Shown here in pieces: positions 6,745 through 9,711 of a DNA stretch of 9,711 nt. This DNA comes from Octopus sinensis (Eukaryota). How positions within the stretch are numbered: position 1 is the first letter of the stretch; the number at the start of each line of letters is the position of its first letter. The DNA lies in the NCBI RefSeq assembly GCF_006345805.1, contig NW_021827900.1, positions 1-9,711 on the forward strand. The letters are read 5' to 3'. The notes beneath the pieces are model-generated. The model saw only the letters and a program-made list of their open reading frames with translations, did no database searches and was not told the origin of the DNA. Made by a program: the position numbers and the translations under genes.

Positions 6745-6945
6745 ACAGTATGTTGAATGATACATTCAACCTTTGCAAAGCGGTCGACATTAGGATCCAT
6801 TGCTTTGAAACTGGTAAAAGTTTTATTCAATTGCGAAAAGGAATCAATAAACACTTCACTGTGAATTTCTTTTCTGGTTCATCTTCTTCTTTCTCACTTT
6901 TTCTTCTGCTGCTCTGTGTGCTTCCAATCCAATCTCTGCAACTGA
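6745..6945 (-). pseudogene. Tigger/pogo-type DNA transposase C-terminal remnant
   Basis: Frameshifted minus-strand peptides LEAHRAAEE, EKEEDEPEKKFTVKCL and IDSFSQLNKTFTSFKAMDPNVDRFAKVE resemble the acidic-tract/KFTVK...MDPN.ERF signature I recall from Tigger transposases. No TIRs found. Confidence 0.6.
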
Positions 6946-7120
6946 GTGAGAGACAGTGGCAGGCAGTGGATGCCTGGGTCTGAGGGAGACTTGTATTACC
7001 AGATGCTGCCATGGTTATTGTATGCACAACTGTCCAAAGTCCAAAAATTGATTTTTTATTCTATTTATTTTTTGTGGTTATAAGTGCAGATTGTCATAAG
7101 TCACATAGGTCATAAGTCGA

Positions 7121-7270
7121 GGAGAAGGTGTATTAGGTAGGTCATCCAGATGCAATAACCATGCCAAAGCAGACAATGGAGGTTGGTGCAGTCCTCTGGC
7201 TTACCAGCTCCTGTCAAACCATCGCACACATAGGAGACGAATGTTAAATGTTGATGTTGATAATGATGAT
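7121..7270 (+). mobile_element. Isolated, decayed 3'-terminal fragment of the RTE family (or a related non-autonomous element)
   Basis: Aligns to 4511-4675: TTAGG.AGG.CATCCAG, TGCCA.A.CAGAC, TGCAG.C.TCTG.CTT, then GTTAAATG and a degenerate GAT tail. Confidence 0.72.
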
Positions 7271-7303
7271 ATATAATACTTACATATACATATATATATA
7301 TAT
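7271..7303. repeat. Short (TA)n tract
   Basis: Directly visible. Confidence 0.85.
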
Positions 7304-9419
7304 CACCTAGGGACATCCTCATCAAGGAATTTGACGAGAGGAAGGAGGATCTACAGTCCTCAGACATAGGAGGTAGCTGGAAATTCTTACGGGACAGCTT
7401 ACTGAGTGCCTTGCGGATAGTGCAAGTCCCTTCCAGACCTAGAGTTTTGTGGGGGGGGGAATAATACGGTAGACAAAGCCATCAGGGCAAAGAAACAGGC
7501 CTGGAAAGCCTGGAAGAGTTGTGGTAGCAGGGAACCATACCAGATAGCCAAAAGGGAGGCTGGGAGACAGGTATACATAGACAAGGGAGAAGCAGAAAAG
7601 AAGAAGTTTGCCCATGTCCAGGCATGTGAGGACCAAAGAACTGAGATATTCTGGAATGCAAGTCAGTGTGTAAGAGAAAATTGTGATGTCACAGGAGAGA
7701 AATGTATCTGCTTGGATGATGGTGCACTTGCTTTTAATGATTCTGAAAAGAAAGAGGCTTGGAGGAGCCATTATGGAAGACTGCTGAATGTAGAGAATGA
7801 ATGAGAGGAGAGCCTGCTAAATGTTGATCCAGTAGAGGGACCAGCTATCTGAATAGACAGCACCCTAGTAGATAAAGCTATTAAGGATATGAAGCTAGGA
7901 AAATCCCCTTGCCAATCAGGAATCCCTGCTAAGATGCTTAAAACATCTGGTGGTGTGGACTATGGCCTCATCACCCATATAGTAAACCAGGTGGTTCATG
8001 ATGGAGTCATACCCAATGACTGGCACAGAAGCACCATAGTCAATTGCTACAAAGGTAAAGGTGATGCTTTAGATAGAAATAATTACAGAGGTATCAAACT
8101 GCTGGATCATGTAATGAGGGTCACGGTGAGTGTCATAACCCAACTAAGCAGCACCACTGATGCTATATTCCTGGTATGGCAACTGCAGGAGAAGTACCTA
8201 TCCAAGATATATTTGGCTTTTGTGGACTTGGAGAAAGTCTTTGACAGGATCCCCCAATCCCTTATCTGGTGGGCAAAGGGGAAACTGGGGATTGACAAAT
8301 GGTTAATAAGGGGTATACAGGCCCTATACAGAGTAGGGTTAGTATTGGAAATGAGTATAGTGAAGAATTCCGGGTAGAAGTAGGGGTCCACCAAGGATCA
8401 GCCCTCAGCCCCCTCTTATTCATCATAGTCCTCCAGGTAATAACAGAGGAATTCAAGACAGGTTGCTCCTGGCAACTGCTCTATGCTGATGACCTGGTCC
8501 TCATAGCAGAATCACTACCAGAACTAGAGAAGAAACATCAAGTGTGGAAGCCAGGTTTAGAATCGATGGGCCTTAGAGTCAACGTTGTAAAGACCAAAGT
8601 TCTAGTAAGTAGGAAGGCGACCACATCACACACCCCTTCAGGTAGGTGGCCTTGTTCGACCTATAGAAAAGGTCTGGGTAGAAACTCCATAAGATGTACC
8701 CAGTTTAAGCTATGGACACGTAAGAGATGCAGTAATATCAAAGGGAGATTAACCAGGAAGATAGCTCTCACATGCAGCAGATGCACTGGGGCAATCAACA
8801 CCACAGATGCTCAGAAAACAGATTCCATCACATGCCAGGGAGAGAAACTAGAAGTAGTTGATAGCTTCCGCTACCTAGGTGACCAAGTCTGTAGTGGGGA
8901 GTGGATGCTCAGAGAGTGTTACCGCTAGAATAAGAATAGCCTGGGCAAAGTTCAGAAAGCTTCTACCCCTACTGGTGACAAAGGGTCTCTCACTCAGAGT
9001 GAAAGGTAGATTGTATGATGCATGTGTGCGAACAGCCATACTTCATGGCTGCTGAAGACATGTGTAGGCTTGAAAGAAATGAAGCTACCATGATCCACTG
9101 GATGTGTAATGCCAGTGTTAACACATAACAGTGTGTAAGCTCCCTGAGAGATATGTTAGACATAAGAAGTATTGGATATGGCGTGCAAGAGAGACGTTTG
9201 CATTGGTATGGTCATGTACTATGGATGGACAAGGAGAGCTGCGTGAAGAAGTGCCACTCCCAAACAGTGGAAGGAATCCGGGGTAGAGGTAGACCCAGGA
9301 AGATATGGGTTGAGGTGGCGAAGTATGACGTTTGAACGTTGGGCTTCACAGAGGCAATGACAAAAGACAGAGACCTCTGGAGGTATGCTGTGACTGAGAA
9401 GACCCAGCAAATAAAATGA
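7304..9419 (+). pseudogene. Disrupted RTE ORF of copy 3 (linker, RT, PHD, C-terminal domain)
   Basis: Fragments 7889-8377, 8299-8928 and 9153-9335 in the ORF track. An in-frame 17-codon deletion near 8147 removes QFGF. There is a frameshift near 8326 and several stops. Confidence 0.88.
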
Positions 9420-9583
9420 GTCCACAGCTGTAACCTACACCAGTGTCGCATAACCAGCCCACTCAAAAGTACCTTGGATCGTAGGGTGACATGCTGTGCT
9501 TGAGGAGATCTATTGAGTCAAGTACATCAACATCAACAGCAAAATCAAAATTAAATCAAATGGAAATTGTAGTTGTGAACCCC

Positions 9584-9711
9584 TTGCTGGTAGCATGTAA
9601 AAAGCACCATCCGGACGTGGCCAATGCCAGTGCCGCTTTGACTGAATTCTGTACTGGTGGCATGTAAAAAGCATCATCCGATTGTGATCAATGCCAGCTC
9701 CTCTGGCTCCT
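9584..9711 (+). repeat. Two units of the ~62 bp 3' UTR array in copy 3
   Basis: TGCTGGTAGCATGTAAAAAGCACCATCCGG... and GTACTGGTGGCATGTAAAAAGCATCATCCG... Confidence 0.88.

Larger units (their letters stand above)
7304..9711 (+). mobile_element. RTE copy 3, 5'-truncated (starts at the equivalent of ~1753 in copy 1), decayed, continues past the window end
   Basis: Colinear with copy 1: [27 protein letters not shown] (from 8383), YADD 8482-8493, degenerate PHD 8653-8784, GRPRKIW, stop 9417-9419, AAAATC run and tandem units at 9584 and 9651. Confidence 0.92.

Noticed and set aside
7304-9419. ADAR- or APOBEC-type hypermutation in copy 3
   Set aside because: A few A-to-G and G-to-A differences are visible, but bias cannot be judged without a family consensus.

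Overview
Repeat-saturated eukaryotic non-genic DNA with no supportable host gene. The tRNA/CORE-type SINE, the long (TA)n tracts and the RTE LINEs match my recollection of octopus/cephalopod repeats, so the organism is inference only. Layout: (TA)n; a minus-strand tRNA-derived SINE (86-489); a short Penelope-like terminal fragment with a minimal type I hammerhead ribozyme fold (614-651); a long (TA)n tract; a near full-length 5'-truncated RTE-clade LINE (copy 1, +, 967-4675); an internally deleted older relative tail-to-tail with it (copy 2, -, ~4677-5735); a ~200 bp direct repeat pair; a Tigger/pogo transposase remnant; an isolated 3' end of the RTE family (7121-7270); and a third decayed RTE copy (7304 to window end). 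The most notable features of this RTE family are a C4HC3 PHD finger embedded in the EN-RT protein after the RT core, and a long 3' UTR with an array of ~62 bp repeats that each fold on paper as an H-type pseudoknot plus a hairpin. Copy 1's long ORF ends at a 5 nt insertion that perfects a local palindrome, which looks like a template-switch mutation.
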